The translations under genes and the position numbers were made by a program. Source: Actinomycetota bacterium (GTDB taxonomy: Bacteria; Actinomycetota; Actinomycetes; Nanopelagicales; Nanopelagicaceae). From it: a stretch of 40,660 nucleotides of DNA. Of the stretch, positions 1 to 9,724 are shown in pieces. Every line of letters starts with the position of its first letter. Within the stretch, counting starts at the first letter, position 1. Below the pieces are notes generated by a model, which worked only from the letters and a program-made list of their open reading frames with translations, did not search any database and had not been told where the DNA came from. The DNA lies in the NCBI GenBank assembly GCA_005793655.1, contig SXRC01000025.1, positions 1 to 40,660 of the forward strand, given 5' to 3'.

Positions 1-24
1 GGGGTTCGAGTCCCTCACAACCCA
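1..24 (+). tRNA. 3' end of a tRNA (T-arm, acceptor strand, discriminator A), truncated by the window edge; probably Val or Lys; CCA not encoded
   Basis: GGGG-TTCGAGT-CCCTC T-arm followed by ACAACCC-A, then CTT rather than CCA. The anticodon lies outside the window. Confidence 0.8.
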
Positions 25-192
25 CTTAAAAAGTTCTCTAAACTTGAATACGCAACTTTTACTTGATCTCTATCCCAGAGGTAAAGACTTCTAGGTGGAA
101 GACTCCCTTCTCCTGGCTCAGGAATCTGAAAAAGAAAATTCTTTGGAAAGTTAAAAGGTGTCGAAAACAAATCATCTCTATGGCTCTGCTAG

Positions 193-981
193 CTACATCT
201 CACTAATTAAACCGGGCCTTGAGCCCAAACCCATCGATGCATCGATTACTGCGCCATGCAAATACGTCGAAGCCTTTGCAGCTAGAAAGATAACTAAATC
301 TGCAATCTCCTCTGGTTCAATTAAGCGTGCCTTAGGCAGATTTAAAATGAACTCACCTTTCGCCTTTTCAGACATTTTATTTAATGTACTGGCTTGAAAC
401 ATTCCGGTATTTGTTGCACCCGGTGCAATCGCAAATACATCAATATTGCTATGAACATTTTCAGCTGCTAACTGCCGAGTTAAAAATGAAACTGCAGCCT
501 TGCTCATCCCATCTGAAAGTCTAAAGTTAGGAAAAGCCTGAAATCCCCCACCAACAGAGCTAAAATTTATTAATTTCTTAACCACCGTTGAATTCTTATT
601 TAATTCAATGAAGGCTTCTGAAATCTTTAAGGCACCAAAGGCATTAATTTCCATCATTTTCAAATCTTGTGAGTCCTTATCAGTAGCATATGAATTAACA
701 GTTGCTGAACCGACTGCAGCAGCATTTACTAAAGTGTCAATTGAGCCCATCACCTCAAATGATTTTTCCAGAGCAGCTCTGATTGAGTCAGGATTACCCA
801 TATCAATAGCCAAAGCGGTAGCAGTTGGGCCGATGCTCTTTGCTAATTTCTCAGCCTCCGCCTGATTAGCTTTTTCTGTGGCAAAGGTAAACACGACGTT
901 ATCACCCTGCTGAACAAACTTTTGCACGCACGCCTGACCAATTCCACCCATGCCACCTGTAATAAAAATATTACGTGACAT
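193..981 (-). CDS. Short-chain dehydrogenase/reductase with atypical active site
   Basis: TGGMGGIG Rossmann motif, SSVGG, IAPGATNT. DGMSK occupies the YxxxK position. Start moved to ATG 981 (MSRNIF), preceded by GAGGGGTGAG. Confidence 0.85.
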   Translation of the reverse strand: MSRNIFITGGMGGIGQACVQKFVQQGDNVVFTFATEKANQAEAEKLAKSIGPTATALAIDMGNPDSIRAALEKSFEVMGSIDTLVNAAAVGSATVNSYATDKDSQDLKMMEINAFGALKISEAFIELNKNSTVVKKLINFSSVGGGFQAFPNFRLSDGMSKAAVSFLTRQLAAENVHSNIDVFAIAPGATNTGMFQASTLNKMSEKAKGEFILNLPKARLIEPEEIADLVIFLAAKASTYLHGAVIDASMGLGSRPGLISEM

Positions 982-1003
982 TATTTTCTCACCCCTCACC
1001 TAT

Positions 1004-1726
1004 TTAATTCATTAAAACGTTATTAACAGCTTTTACTAGTTGCACCAAGCCAGCGCCTCTGGGGTCGATTAAAGTGTAGTGATCTGCATCGGCAAGAAGT
1101 GTAAAGTCAATCTTTGCTGAGTTATTTTTATGCCTCTCGTAGTAATTTTTTGCAACATTAAGCGGGATAAAATCTTTTTGAGTATGCATAATCTCAACCC
1201 TGCAACTAGGCGGTGAAAGTAGAACTGGGTCTAAATCGTGGAAATTTTGGGCACTACCACCCAAATATAGATTAATTGCGCCATCGCCTAGATTCTCTTT
1301 CTCACCAGCTTGCAGATCAGCTACTGGTGATGCAGCAATGACGCCAATGCAGTTTGTAATTTTTCTAGCTGCCAAAATGGCTAGCTGTCCACCGGCTGAG
1401 TGTCCAAAAAGAATTACGTTCTTATCCGCAATTGCAGATAGTGCAGCAAGAACATCATCAAGTGATTGATAGGGACGGCCGGGCAATCTTTGATACTCAA
1501 TTAAGGCAACATAAAACCCTTGAGCAGACAGAGCAAAGGCTAAAGGTTGTAAATGTGACCGATCAATTGTTGGCCGCCAGAACCCGCCATGAATGAGAAC
1601 TAATACTGTGGGGTTACTGGTGCTTCCATAAAATTCAATCACCTGGTCTGGTGCGCCACCATAAGTAATTTTTAAATCACCGACTGGGCCACTCTGATTT
1701 ACTATATGTTCGGGTGGGTAATCCAT
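1004..1726 (-). CDS. Alpha/beta hydrolase, kynurenine-formamidase (arylformamidase)-like
   Basis: HGGFW oxyanion motif, GHSAGG nucleophile elbow, candidate Asp (QKDFIP) and His (DHYTLID). Context includes TDO and kynureninase. Confidence 0.75.
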   Translation of the reverse strand: MDYPPEHIVNQSGPVGDLKITYGGAPDQVIEFYGSTSNPTVLVLIHGGFWRPTIDRSHLQPLAFALSAQGFYVALIEYQRLPGRPYQSLDDVLAALSAIADKNVILFGHSAGGQLAILAARKITNCIGVIAASPVADLQAGEKENLGDGAINLYLGGSAQNFHDLDPVLLSPPSCRVEIMHTQKDFIPLNVAKNYYERHKNNSAKIDFTLLADADHYTLIDPRGAGLVQLVKAVNNVLMN

Positions 1727-1785
1727 GGTTTAAGGAGTAATTGATACCGTTTGGTTAACTGACTTAAATGAATTTATTTTCAATA

Positions 1786-2205
1786 TTAGGTGCCTTTAAC
1801 GCCGACAGCATTTTGTAGCCAGGTAATGATTTCATTGGTGGTTGCACCGGGAGTGAAAATCTCACCAACACCTCTACTTTTTAGATTCTCTTTATCTGCC
1901 TCTGGAATTATTCCACCCCCAAAAATTACAATATTTTGCGCGTTCGCCTCTTTGAGTAAAGTTAAGATGCGATCAAAGATACTCATGTGAGCACCAGAAA
2001 GTATTGAAAGCCCAATCGCTTGGGCATCTTCTTGTATCGCTGTTGCAACAATCTGCTCTGGGCTTTGATGAAGTCCGGTATAAATTACTTCACATCCGGC
2101 ATCTCTCAACGCCCGCGCTACAACCTTTGCGCCACGATCATGCCCGTCCAAACCAGGTTTAGCTACAACAACACGTATGGGGGCAACTTGGGTTTTTTGC
2201 ACCAT
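1786..2205 (-). CDS. Cobalamin-binding small subunit of an acyl-CoA mutase
   Basis: [10 protein letters not shown] (DxHxxG), SILSGAH, GGGII, IFTPG. Confidence 0.95.
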   Translation of the reverse strand: MVQKTQVAPIRVVVAKPGLDGHDRGAKVVARALRDAGCEVIYTGLHQSPEQIVATAIQEDAQAIGLSILSGAHMSIFDRILTLLKEANAQNIVIFGGGIIPEADKENLKSRGVGEIFTPGATTNEIITWLQNAVGVKGT

Positions 2206-2211
2206 GGCTTC

Positions 2212-2239
2212 AACTTATCATGAAATTTTATCGTAGGGT
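2212..2239. promoter_or_regulatory. Back-to-back -10 boxes for two leaderless divergent genes
   Basis: Minus strand: TAAGTT (2212-2217), 6 nt, ATG 2205. Plus strand: TAGGGT (2234-2239), 7 nt, ATG 2247. No SD on either side. Confidence 0.6.
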
Positions 2240-2246
2240 TTAGACC

Positions 2247-3011
2247 ATGAGCCAAAAAATTGATCCAGAGATCCTGCGTGAAGTACAGCAGGGCAATAGA
2301 CAAATTTTGGCAAAGGCAATTACCCAGATTGAAAACTCAAATAAAAAAATTGAGGTTCCTGATCTAATCTCTTCAATACAAGTTTTAGGGGTTACTGGTG
2401 CTCCAGGTGTTGGAAAATCAACAACAGTTAATTGCCTGGTTAAATACTTGCGCCAAAAAAATCTATCGGTTGCGGTTTTAGCAGTTGATCCCTCATCTCC
2501 AATCTCAGGAGGTGCATTACTTGGTGATCGAATCAGACTTACTGAACATTTTACTGACGCAAAAGTTTTTATTCGCTCCCTTGCCACCAGGGGGCATCTT
2601 GGTGGGTTGTCAGAGTCCACGGAGGCTATTTTAAAATTAATAAAACATGCAGCATTCGACTTTATCATTGTTGAAACAGTCGGCGTCGGTCAAAGTGAGG
2701 TTGAAGTAATGGGCGCAGTTGATACTGTGTGTGTAGTTTTAGCTCCTGGCATGGGTGATGGTATTCAAGCTGCAAAGGCTGGATTATTAGAAATTGGTGA
2801 TATCTATCTAGTGAACAAATCTGACCGAGAAGGAGCTGAACAAACAAAGGTAGATATTGAAAAATCCATTGCAATGTCTGCGCTAATCAGAAATAATAGT
2901 TTTTCTTGGACCCCGCCAGTCTTACTAGGTTCAATGCAGCAGGACTTGGGAGTGACAGATCTAATCTTGCAGATCGAAAATCATAGAAAGGCGTGTAATC
3001 TTGAAAACTAG
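2247..3011 (+). CDS. meaB: MeaB/ArgK-family GTPase chaperone of B12 mutases (short form)
   Basis: GAPGVGKST, DPSSPISGGALLGDRIR, ETVGVGQSE, GDGIQAAKAG, NKSD. Confidence 0.93.
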   Translation: MSQKIDPEILREVQQGNRQILAKAITQIENSNKKIEVPDLISSIQVLGVTGAPGVGKSTTVNCLVKYLRQKNLSVAVLAVDPSSPISGGALLGDRIRLTEHFTDAKVFIRSLATRGHLGGLSESTEAILKLIKHAAFDFIIVETVGVGQSEVEVMGAVDTVCVVLAPGMGDGIQAAKAGLLEIGDIYLVNKSDREGAEQTKVDIEKSIAMSALIRNNSFSWTPPVLLGSMQQDLGVTDLILQIENHRKACNLEN

Positions 3012-4593
3012 GAGCACTCAAGTAGATAGCTTTGCATTTGGAAATTTACCAAAAGCTTCGACTTGGCCAGATTTTATTTTAGATCATCCAAGTGCTACCT
3101 ATCCAGAGTATTTAAATGCCAGCACAGAGTTACTGGAAAAGACGATTGCCCTCGTAGGGGGTAATAAAATTGCTCTCGTTGCAGCAGATGCAACATTGAC
3201 TTACCTACAGTTGCTGCATTTAGTAAATCAAATAGCAAATTACTTTCAAGATCAAGGTGTAGTTTCTGGCAACAGAATTGCCATTAGGAGTCCAAATAAT
3301 GCTTTATCAGTGGCAATTTGGCTGGCAATTTTGCGTGTGGGCGCAATCGCAGTAACTACAATCCCACTTCAACGTGCTTCTGAGTTAGAAAAAATTGTTG
3401 ATATTGCCAAGGTTCAGTTTGCTTTAATTGATCACCGCTTCATGGATGAGTGGAATGGGGTTACAAATTTTCAAGGAGAAACCTACGTCGTAGGAGGTGA
3501 TAGTGATTTTGATAAGCAGGTATCGCTTCAATCTGTTGATTTTACTGCCCACAATACGTTATCAACTGATGTCAGTATCTTAGCCTTCACATCTGGCTCA
3601 ACTGGCTTGCCAAAAGCAACAATGCATTTTCACCGAGATATATTGGCAATAGCAGATACTTTTTCCCAACATATTGTTAAGCCAACTGCTGATGATATTT
3701 TTGCAGGTAGCCCGCCAATTGCTTTTACCTTTGGCTTAGGTGGGCTAGTGATATTTCCATTAAGAGTTGGAGCCACCTCAGTGTTGCTTGAAAATGCGGC
3801 CCCAGCAGTGCTCTTAGATAAAATTATTGAGCACAAGGTCACTTGTTTGTTTACCGCCCCAACTGCATATCGGGCCATGCTCCCACTTTTATCCGCTAAG
3901 CAGCCATCAACTCTTCGAAGGTGTATTTCAGCAGGTGAGCATTTACCATTGGCTACTTGGAACGCATGGTTTGCCGCAACTGGAAATAAGTTAATTGATG
4001 GAATTGGTGCGACAGAATTACTTCATATTTTTATATCAGCGAGTGATGATGAAATAGTGCCAGGCATGACTGGTAAACCAGTGCCAGGTTATCAAGCAAA
4101 AATTGTCAATGAAGATTTTCAAGATGTTGCAGATGGAGAGCAAGGATTCTTAGCAGTAAAAGGACCAACAGGTTGTAGATATTTAAATGATGCAAGGCAA
4201 GAAAAATATGTAAAAGATGGTTGGAATTTAACTGGAGATATTTATACTAAGAGTGCAGCCGGATATTTCAAATATGAGTCCCGCGCTGATGACATGATTA
4301 TTTCAAGTGGATACAACATCGCAGCCCCAGAGGTTGAAAATGCTCTATTACTTCATGAGTGTGTGGCAGAGGTAGCAGTCGTAGGAGCTGCTGATCTTGA
4401 TCGGGGAATGATTGTTTCAGCCTATGTTGTGCTGCGCCCTAATTACTCCCCTTCAGATGCTCTGTGTAAGGAGCTGCAAGATCATGTTAAAAATAAAATT
4501 GCGCCATATAAATACCCCAGATCACTGCAATTTGTAGATACCCTGCCGAAAACAACAACTGGCAAATTACAAAGATTTAGATTAAAAAGCTAA
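3001..4593 (+). CDS. abmG: 2-aminobenzoate (anthranilate)-CoA ligase-like AMP-forming ligase
   Basis: FTSGSTGLPKATMHFHRD, PPIAFTFGLGG, DGIGATELLHIFIS, KGPTGCRYL, APYKYPR. The N-terminus VDSFAFGNLP resembles AbmG-type ligases. TTG start overlaps meaB. Confidence 0.8.
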   Translation: MKTRSTQVDSFAFGNLPKASTWPDFILDHPSATYPEYLNASTELLEKTIALVGGNKIALVAADATLTYLQLLHLVNQIANYFQDQGVVSGNRIAIRSPNNALSVAIWLAILRVGAIAVTTIPLQRASELEKIVDIAKVQFALIDHRFMDEWNGVTNFQGETYVVGGDSDFDKQVSLQSVDFTAHNTLSTDVSILAFTSGSTGLPKATMHFHRDILAIADTFSQHIVKPTADDIFAGSPPIAFTFGLGGLVIFPLRVGATSVLLENAAPAVLLDKIIEHKVTCLFTAPTAYRAMLPLLSAKQPSTLRRCISAGEHLPLATWNAWFAATGNKLIDGIGATELLHIFISASDDEIVPGMTGKPVPGYQAKIVNEDFQDVADGEQGFLAVKGPTGCRYLNDARQEKYVKDGWNLTGDIYTKSAAGYFKYESRADDMIISSGYNIAAPEVENALLLHECVAEVAVVGAADLDRGMIVSAYVVLRPNYSPSDALCKELQDHVKNKIAPYKYPRSLQFVDTLPKTTTGKLQRFRLKS

Positions 4594-6080
4594 AAAGCTT
4601 TTGTTGGTTGCCACTTTCCGTAAACTTTGCGTAACTCCCCCACAATCTCACCTACCGTTGCATAGTTTTTAACCGCTAGCACTGTAGCTTCCATAATGTT
4701 CTCACCTGATTTTGCCACCGCTAATAGATTGCTTAAGGCAACTGCTACAACTTTATTATCCCTACTAGTACGCACTTGCTTTAAGGAGTTCACCTGATCA
4801 GATTCACTTTTAGGATTAATTTCAAATTGCTTAAATGGCGCTGACTCAGACTGAAATATGTTTACTCCAACTACTTTTTTTGTACCCGATTCAATAGCAT
4901 TTGTTAGCGCATAGGCATTTTCAGATATTTCACTGACAAAATATCCATTGTTAACACACTCCAGTGCACCCCCTCGTTTTTCAATACTTTCTAATAATTT
5001 CCAAATTTCACTCTCTAATGAATCGGTCATGCGCTCCAATTCAAAACTGCCAGCAAGAGGATCTGTTGAGTCCAATATGCCACTTTCGAAAGCAACTACT
5101 TGCTGAGTTCGCAGCGCCAATGTAGCGGCCTCCTCCGTTGGGACTCCCAGTGCTTCATCAAAGGCGGAGACATGCATAGTTTGAATTCCACCCAATGCAG
5201 CAGCCATCATTTCAATTGATGTTCGAATAACATTATTCATCGATTGTTGCGCTGTTAATGATGAGCCAGCAGTAAATGCAAAAATTCTTAATTTTTCAGA
5301 TGCTGGATCTTTTGTTTGGTATTTTTCCCGCATTAATTTTGCCCAAACTCTTCTTGCTGCACGAAATTTTGCAATCTCAGGTAGAAAATCAATATTTGAT
5401 GATAAAAATGTAAAAAGTGTAGGAGCAACTGAATCAACTGAAACCCCGCGCAAGACTGCCCGATCTAAGTACTCCCGGGCATTAGCAAATGTAAATGCAA
5501 CCTCCTGGACAGCTGTAGATCCGGCCTCTCGTATGTGATAACCACTCATAGCCAATGGCACCCATTTTGGAATTTTAGTTGCGATATATTCAATTACATC
5601 AACAGATAGTTTCAGCCCAGCCTCAGCTGGAAATATTTGTGTACCACGGGCAACATACTCTTTTAATACATCATTTTGAATAAACATTCCAAATTTATTT
5701 GGATCAACACCTTGTTTTTCTGCTAAGGCAATAAACATGGCAGCCCAGATATAACCGATAGAATTTGCAGTTGTTCGAACTTGGCTGATCTTCTCTAATG
5801 GAATTCCATCCATTAATATCTCAATATCTGCTAGCGAATCTATTGCTACTCCAACTCGACCCACCTCACCTAAGGCAAGTGGATCATCAGAATCAAGACC
5901 TAGTTGAGTTGGTAAGTCCAAGGCCACGCTGAACCCAGTTAGACCCTGATCTAGTAGAAGTTTAAAACGTGCATTTGTCTCAGTTGGTGTGCCAAACCCA
6001 CCGTACTGACCCATTGTCCAAACACCTGATGAGCTATTTATGCCTCTTGTGTATGGGTACTCACCGGGATTTTCTAACAT
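4590..6080 (-). CDS. Acyl-CoA mutase large (substrate-binding) subunit, methylmalonyl-CoA mutase family, non-canonical pocket
   Basis: PGEYPYTRG, DLPTQLGLDSD, GEVGRVGVAIDS, QNDVLKEY, SGYHIREAG, EIAKFRAARRVW, DEALGVPT, DPLAGS. No B12 domain. Confidence 0.92.
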   Translation of the reverse strand: MLENPGEYPYTRGINSSSGVWTMGQYGGFGTPTETNARFKLLLDQGLTGFSVALDLPTQLGLDSDDPLALGEVGRVGVAIDSLADIEILMDGIPLEKISQVRTTANSIGYIWAAMFIALAEKQGVDPNKFGMFIQNDVLKEYVARGTQIFPAEAGLKLSVDVIEYIATKIPKWVPLAMSGYHIREAGSTAVQEVAFTFANAREYLDRAVLRGVSVDSVAPTLFTFLSSNIDFLPEIAKFRAARRVWAKLMREKYQTKDPASEKLRIFAFTAGSSLTAQQSMNNVIRTSIEMMAAALGGIQTMHVSAFDEALGVPTEEAATLALRTQQVVAFESGILDSTDPLAGSFELERMTDSLESEIWKLLESIEKRGGALECVNNGYFVSEISENAYALTNAIESGTKKVVGVNIFQSESAPFKQFEINPKSESDQVNSLKQVRTSRDNKVVAVALSNLLAVAKSGENIMEATVLAVKNYATVGEIVGELRKVYGKWQPTKAF

Positions 6081-6083
6081 TAT

Positions 6084-7643
6084 TTATTTTCCTTCAGCTT
6101 CAAGTTGCTGCTTCAGTAATTTCTTTGAAATCTTACCAGTTGAATTTAATGGAAACTCAGTGACAATTCGTAAATCTTTTGGCTTCTTATATGAGGCCAT
6201 TTTTAACTTACAATGTTCTAAAATCCTACTTTTAATTTCATCCTGAGTAATCAGCGCATTAGGATCAATTGTCACCATGGCAGTTACTCGCTGACCCCAC
6301 TCGACATCATTGATGCCCATAACAGCAACCTCTCGTACCTCAGGTATTTCAGCAATCACATCCTCGATCTCACGCGGATATATGTTGTAACCACCACTAA
6401 TAATCATCTCGCCTTTGCGATCGACTAAGTAAAGTCGATTATCCCCATCAAATCGGCCAAGATCACCAGTGTGCAACCATCCATCTCTAACGGCTTTAGT
6501 GACAGTTGCATCTTGTCCAGCAGCTCCGTAATACCCATGCATAACATGATCACCGCGAGTTATCACTTCACCAATTTCACCCACGGATACCTCATGACCT
6601 TTCTCATCCACAATTAATACTTCAACACCCACACATGCATGACCAGCACTTGTTAACACCTCTGGGTTTTTAAATAAACCTAATTCATGGTCGGCCTCAT
6701 TTAAGACCGTGACAGGTGGAATCGCCTCCACTAGACCGTAATACTGCACCATATTTTTACTGACCCGCTCGTAACATTGTTTTATCTGCTCCGGTGGCAT
6801 TGGCGCACCTGCGTAGCCAAGAAGTTTTAAATTTGATAATTTTTCAGTTGTTATCCCATCTACTGTTAGTAATCGAGCCACCATCGTTGGAACTAAGGCG
6901 GTTGCATTTCCGCCTCTATTTTGGATCACATCAATTAACTCCTCAGGATCATACTTTTCCAAAATTATCTGTTTACCGCCATAGGCAAAGTAAGGCAGGA
7001 CAAACAAACCACTTGTGTGTGTAATAGGACCGGCGTGAATCCAACAATCACTTTCATTTGGTATACGCTTAAAAATATCTGAAATTATGTTACTCATACT
7101 TGCAGTTCTATTTCGATGAGTTCTAATTGCCCCTTTTGGATTACCTGTTGTGCCAGAGCTGTAATTTAATGAAACGAGTGCATCAGGCGAGATCGCTGAA
7201 GAAAAAGGATTTGACTCTTGCTTGGCTAAGAAGGCCTCATAAGGCAAAGTTTTTTCATGATCACCATGAATAAGAATCACATGCTCTACAAGACCTCTAA
7301 CGGGTGCAGAGGCATCCCAGAATTTAGCATCGACAATAAGCGCCTTCGCCTGGCAATCATTTGCAATACGCACCCAATCATTAGGGTGTAGGCGATAATT
7401 AAGTGCAACCCGACATAAACCAGCTGTGCTGATACCTAAATCACTTTCAATGTAGCTACTTTGGTTGTACTGAAGATCTAAAACTCGATCACCTAAATTT
7501 AATCCCAAAGATTTTAAGCCTCTGGCAAGCTGAAAGATTCTTGAACCAATTTGTCCATAAGTCAATGAGCCTTCTGAACTTTCTACCGCTACTTGGTTGC
7601 CATATTTTTTCATAGATCTTGAAACAAGTGTTCCTACATCCAT
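6084..7643 (-). CDS. AMP-forming acyl/aryl-CoA ligase, substrate unknown
   Basis: YSSGTTGNPKG, YGLVE, GWLHTGDLG, DRKGEMIISGGYNIYPREIE, YKKPK. Confidence 0.9.
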   Translation of the reverse strand: MDVGTLVSRSMKKYGNQVAVESSEGSLTYGQIGSRIFQLARGLKSLGLNLGDRVLDLQYNQSSYIESDLGISTAGLCRVALNYRLHPNDWVRIANDCQAKALIVDAKFWDASAPVRGLVEHVILIHGDHEKTLPYEAFLAKQESNPFSSAISPDALVSLNYSSGTTGNPKGAIRTHRNRTASMSNIISDIFKRIPNESDCWIHAGPITHTSGLFVLPYFAYGGKQIILEKYDPEELIDVIQNRGGNATALVPTMVARLLTVDGITTEKLSNLKLLGYAGAPMPPEQIKQCYERVSKNMVQYYGLVEAIPPVTVLNEADHELGLFKNPEVLTSAGHACVGVEVLIVDEKGHEVSVGEIGEVITRGDHVMHGYYGAAGQDATVTKAVRDGWLHTGDLGRFDGDNRLYLVDRKGEMIISGGYNIYPREIEDVIAEIPEVREVAVMGINDVEWGQRVTAMVTIDPNALITQDEIKSRILEHCKLKMASYKKPKDLRIVTEFPLNSTGKISKKLLKQQLEAEGK

Positions 7644-9724
7644 CAGGAGTTGCCTCGATTCGAAGTTATCTGTGTCGATGAGTATGCGGCATCAAGGAGC
7701 CAAACACCATCTGGTAGAACGGTCACTGGATTTAAATCTAACTCGCTACCTTCTGGCCAATCTTTTACCGCATCAGTGATTCTTAACACTGTTTGAACAA
7801 ATGCTGCCCGATCTGCTGCTTTAAAACCTCGGACACCAGCAAGCAAATGAGCCAACCTAGTCTCATCGATCATCTGATTTACAATCTTTGCATCGACGGG
7901 CAAAATGCGCAATGAAACATCGGAAATGATCTCAGTTAACAGACCACCGATACCAAGGGTCAAAACTTTTCCCAGCGAACTTGAGGTAATACCTACTAAT
8001 GCCTCAACTCCTTTGGGTATAAAAGTTTCAACTAAAACCTTATTGCCTGATTTATTATTTGGATCAAGGTGTGAAAGTCGCTCAAAGGTTTCTACAGCAT
8101 TTATATTAGTAATATCTAATGCGACTGCGCCAGACTCACTTTTGTGTAGGAGGCCTGGAATTATTGATTTCATAACTGCTCTCCCACCAACTTTAGCAAT
8201 TGCCGCTAACACATCTGATTTATCTGTGACGACTACTGATTGGGGAACTGTTATACCGACGCAGGCAAATGCAGCCTTTAATTGATCCTCGGTGACATCT
8301 GCAGCCGGTGTTGCCAACGGTTTACACAATGAAGTTCGATTCACGCGCTGAGTTGGAATTGAAACCTTATGTAGAACGCCAAGCGCTCGAACTGCTCGTT
8401 CTGGAGTAGGAAAAATTGGCAGATTTGCTGTTTTAAACAGCTGATCAGCTTGTGGTGCTAGTGATTTTGACCCAGTCCGAGCAACAACTATTGGAATTTG
8501 GCGAGTATCTCGACTGCCCCTCAACGCATCTGCAATTGCCTCAACATCTTTACCAACTAGCACACAAAAAGTTGCAATAATCGCATCAACATTTGGATCC
8601 TGAGTTAATACGTCAACACATCGCTTGAATAAATCTGGTGATGACATTACAGCTGCCGTAACATCAACTGGATTTGAAGTATTTCCATAACTAGGAACAA
8701 TTTGATTTAATTCACTAATAGTTTTTTCTGAAAATTTTGCTAACATTAATCCATGAATTTCTAATGCATCAGTGCCAAGAATTCCACTCCCACCTGATGT
8801 CGTAAGAATTGCAACCCTTGATCCAGGCATAGATATTTTGGCAGAGAAGATGCTGCCAGCATCTAACAGATGCTCTACATCATCCACGCGCACCGCACCT
8901 GCTGCAACTATTGCAGCATCAATAACTCGGTCCTCTGTGGCGAGTGCACCAGTATGTGAGGCTGCAGCTTGCGCACCAGCTGCTGATCTACCACTTTTTA
9001 AGATTGCAGTTGGTTTAGTCGCACAAACTTTCTGCAACAGAGTGAAATCTGAGAATGATTCTATGTAAATAAGAATTCCATCCACATTTTTATCATCTGC
9101 CAAAGTTCTGGCAACTTCAAGGGCGGTTACATCTGCTTCATTGCCAGTTGTTACTACGTAGCCAATTGGAATATCTCGATCATTTGCCAATGAAAATATG
9201 CCATATCCCAGCGCGCCAGATTGACTGATCAAGGCAATATTGCCAGCCGCTAATAAGGTATCAGCTCCAGAAAAGACTGGTGAAAATGTTGCTGCCAGTT
9301 TTGATACACCTGCTGCAGAACCGATGCAATTAGGCCCAACAATTCTTAACCCAGATTTTTTAGAAATTTGAATCAACTTGTCCTGTGCCGCAGCGCCAAC
9401 CTCACCTGCCTCAGCAAAACCTGAGGACATTACAACTGCCACTGCCACCTTAGAATCTGCACAGTCTTGTACGGCCTGGCTAACTAAATCAAATGGCACC
9501 ATGATCAGTGCAAGATCAATCTCTTTACCAACATCTTTAATATTTTTATAGGTTTTAAAGCCTAAGATATTTTCACCTTTTGGATTAATTGGGTAGACCT
9601 CACCTGCGTAGCCATACTTTCGAATATATTCCAACGGAAGTCGCCCGATGGCACCGACTCTCTCAGTTGCCCCAATTACAGCGACAGATTTAGCCGACCA
9701 AAGAGCAGCGATTTGATCGCTCAA
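7643..9724 (-). CDS. ADP-forming acyl-CoA synthetase (acetate-CoA ligase family, fused alpha+beta)
   Basis: SVAVIGA, GPNCIG, SQSGALG, TGNEAD, SHTGALA (phospho-His), NPVDVT, LHKSESGAV, ELDLNPV. TTG start overlaps the upstream stop. Confidence 0.88.
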   Translation of the reverse strand: MSDQIAALWSAKSVAVIGATERVGAIGRLPLEYIRKYGYAGEVYPINPKGENILGFKTYKNIKDVGKEIDLALIMVPFDLVSQAVQDCADSKVAVAVVMSSGFAEAGEVGAAAQDKLIQISKKSGLRIVGPNCIGSAAGVSKLAATFSPVFSGADTLLAAGNIALISQSGALGYGIFSLANDRDIPIGYVVTTGNEADVTALEVARTLADDKNVDGILIYIESFSDFTLLQKVCATKPTAILKSGRSAAGAQAAASHTGALATEDRVIDAAIVAAGAVRVDDVEHLLDAGSIFSAKISMPGSRVAILTTSGGSGILGTDALEIHGLMLAKFSEKTISELNQIVPSYGNTSNPVDVTAAVMSSPDLFKRCVDVLTQDPNVDAIIATFCVLVGKDVEAIADALRGSRDTRQIPIVVARTGSKSLAPQADQLFKTANLPIFPTPERAVRALGVLHKVSIPTQRVNRTSLCKPLATPAADVTEDQLKAAFACVGITVPQSVVVTDKSDVLAAIAKVGGRAVMKSIIPGLLHKSESGAVALDITNINAVETFERLSHLDPNNKSGNKVLVETFIPKGVEALVGITSSSLGKVLTLGIGGLLTEIISDVSLRILPVDAKIVNQMIDETRLAHLLAGVRGFKAADRAAFVQTVLRITDAVKDWPEGSELDLNPVTVLPDGVWLLDAAYSSTQITSNRGNS

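Noticed and set aside
4590-6080. Plain methylmalonyl-CoA mutase call
   Set aside because: Multiple pocket substitutions, no epimerase or carboxylase in the window, and prpBCD already present.
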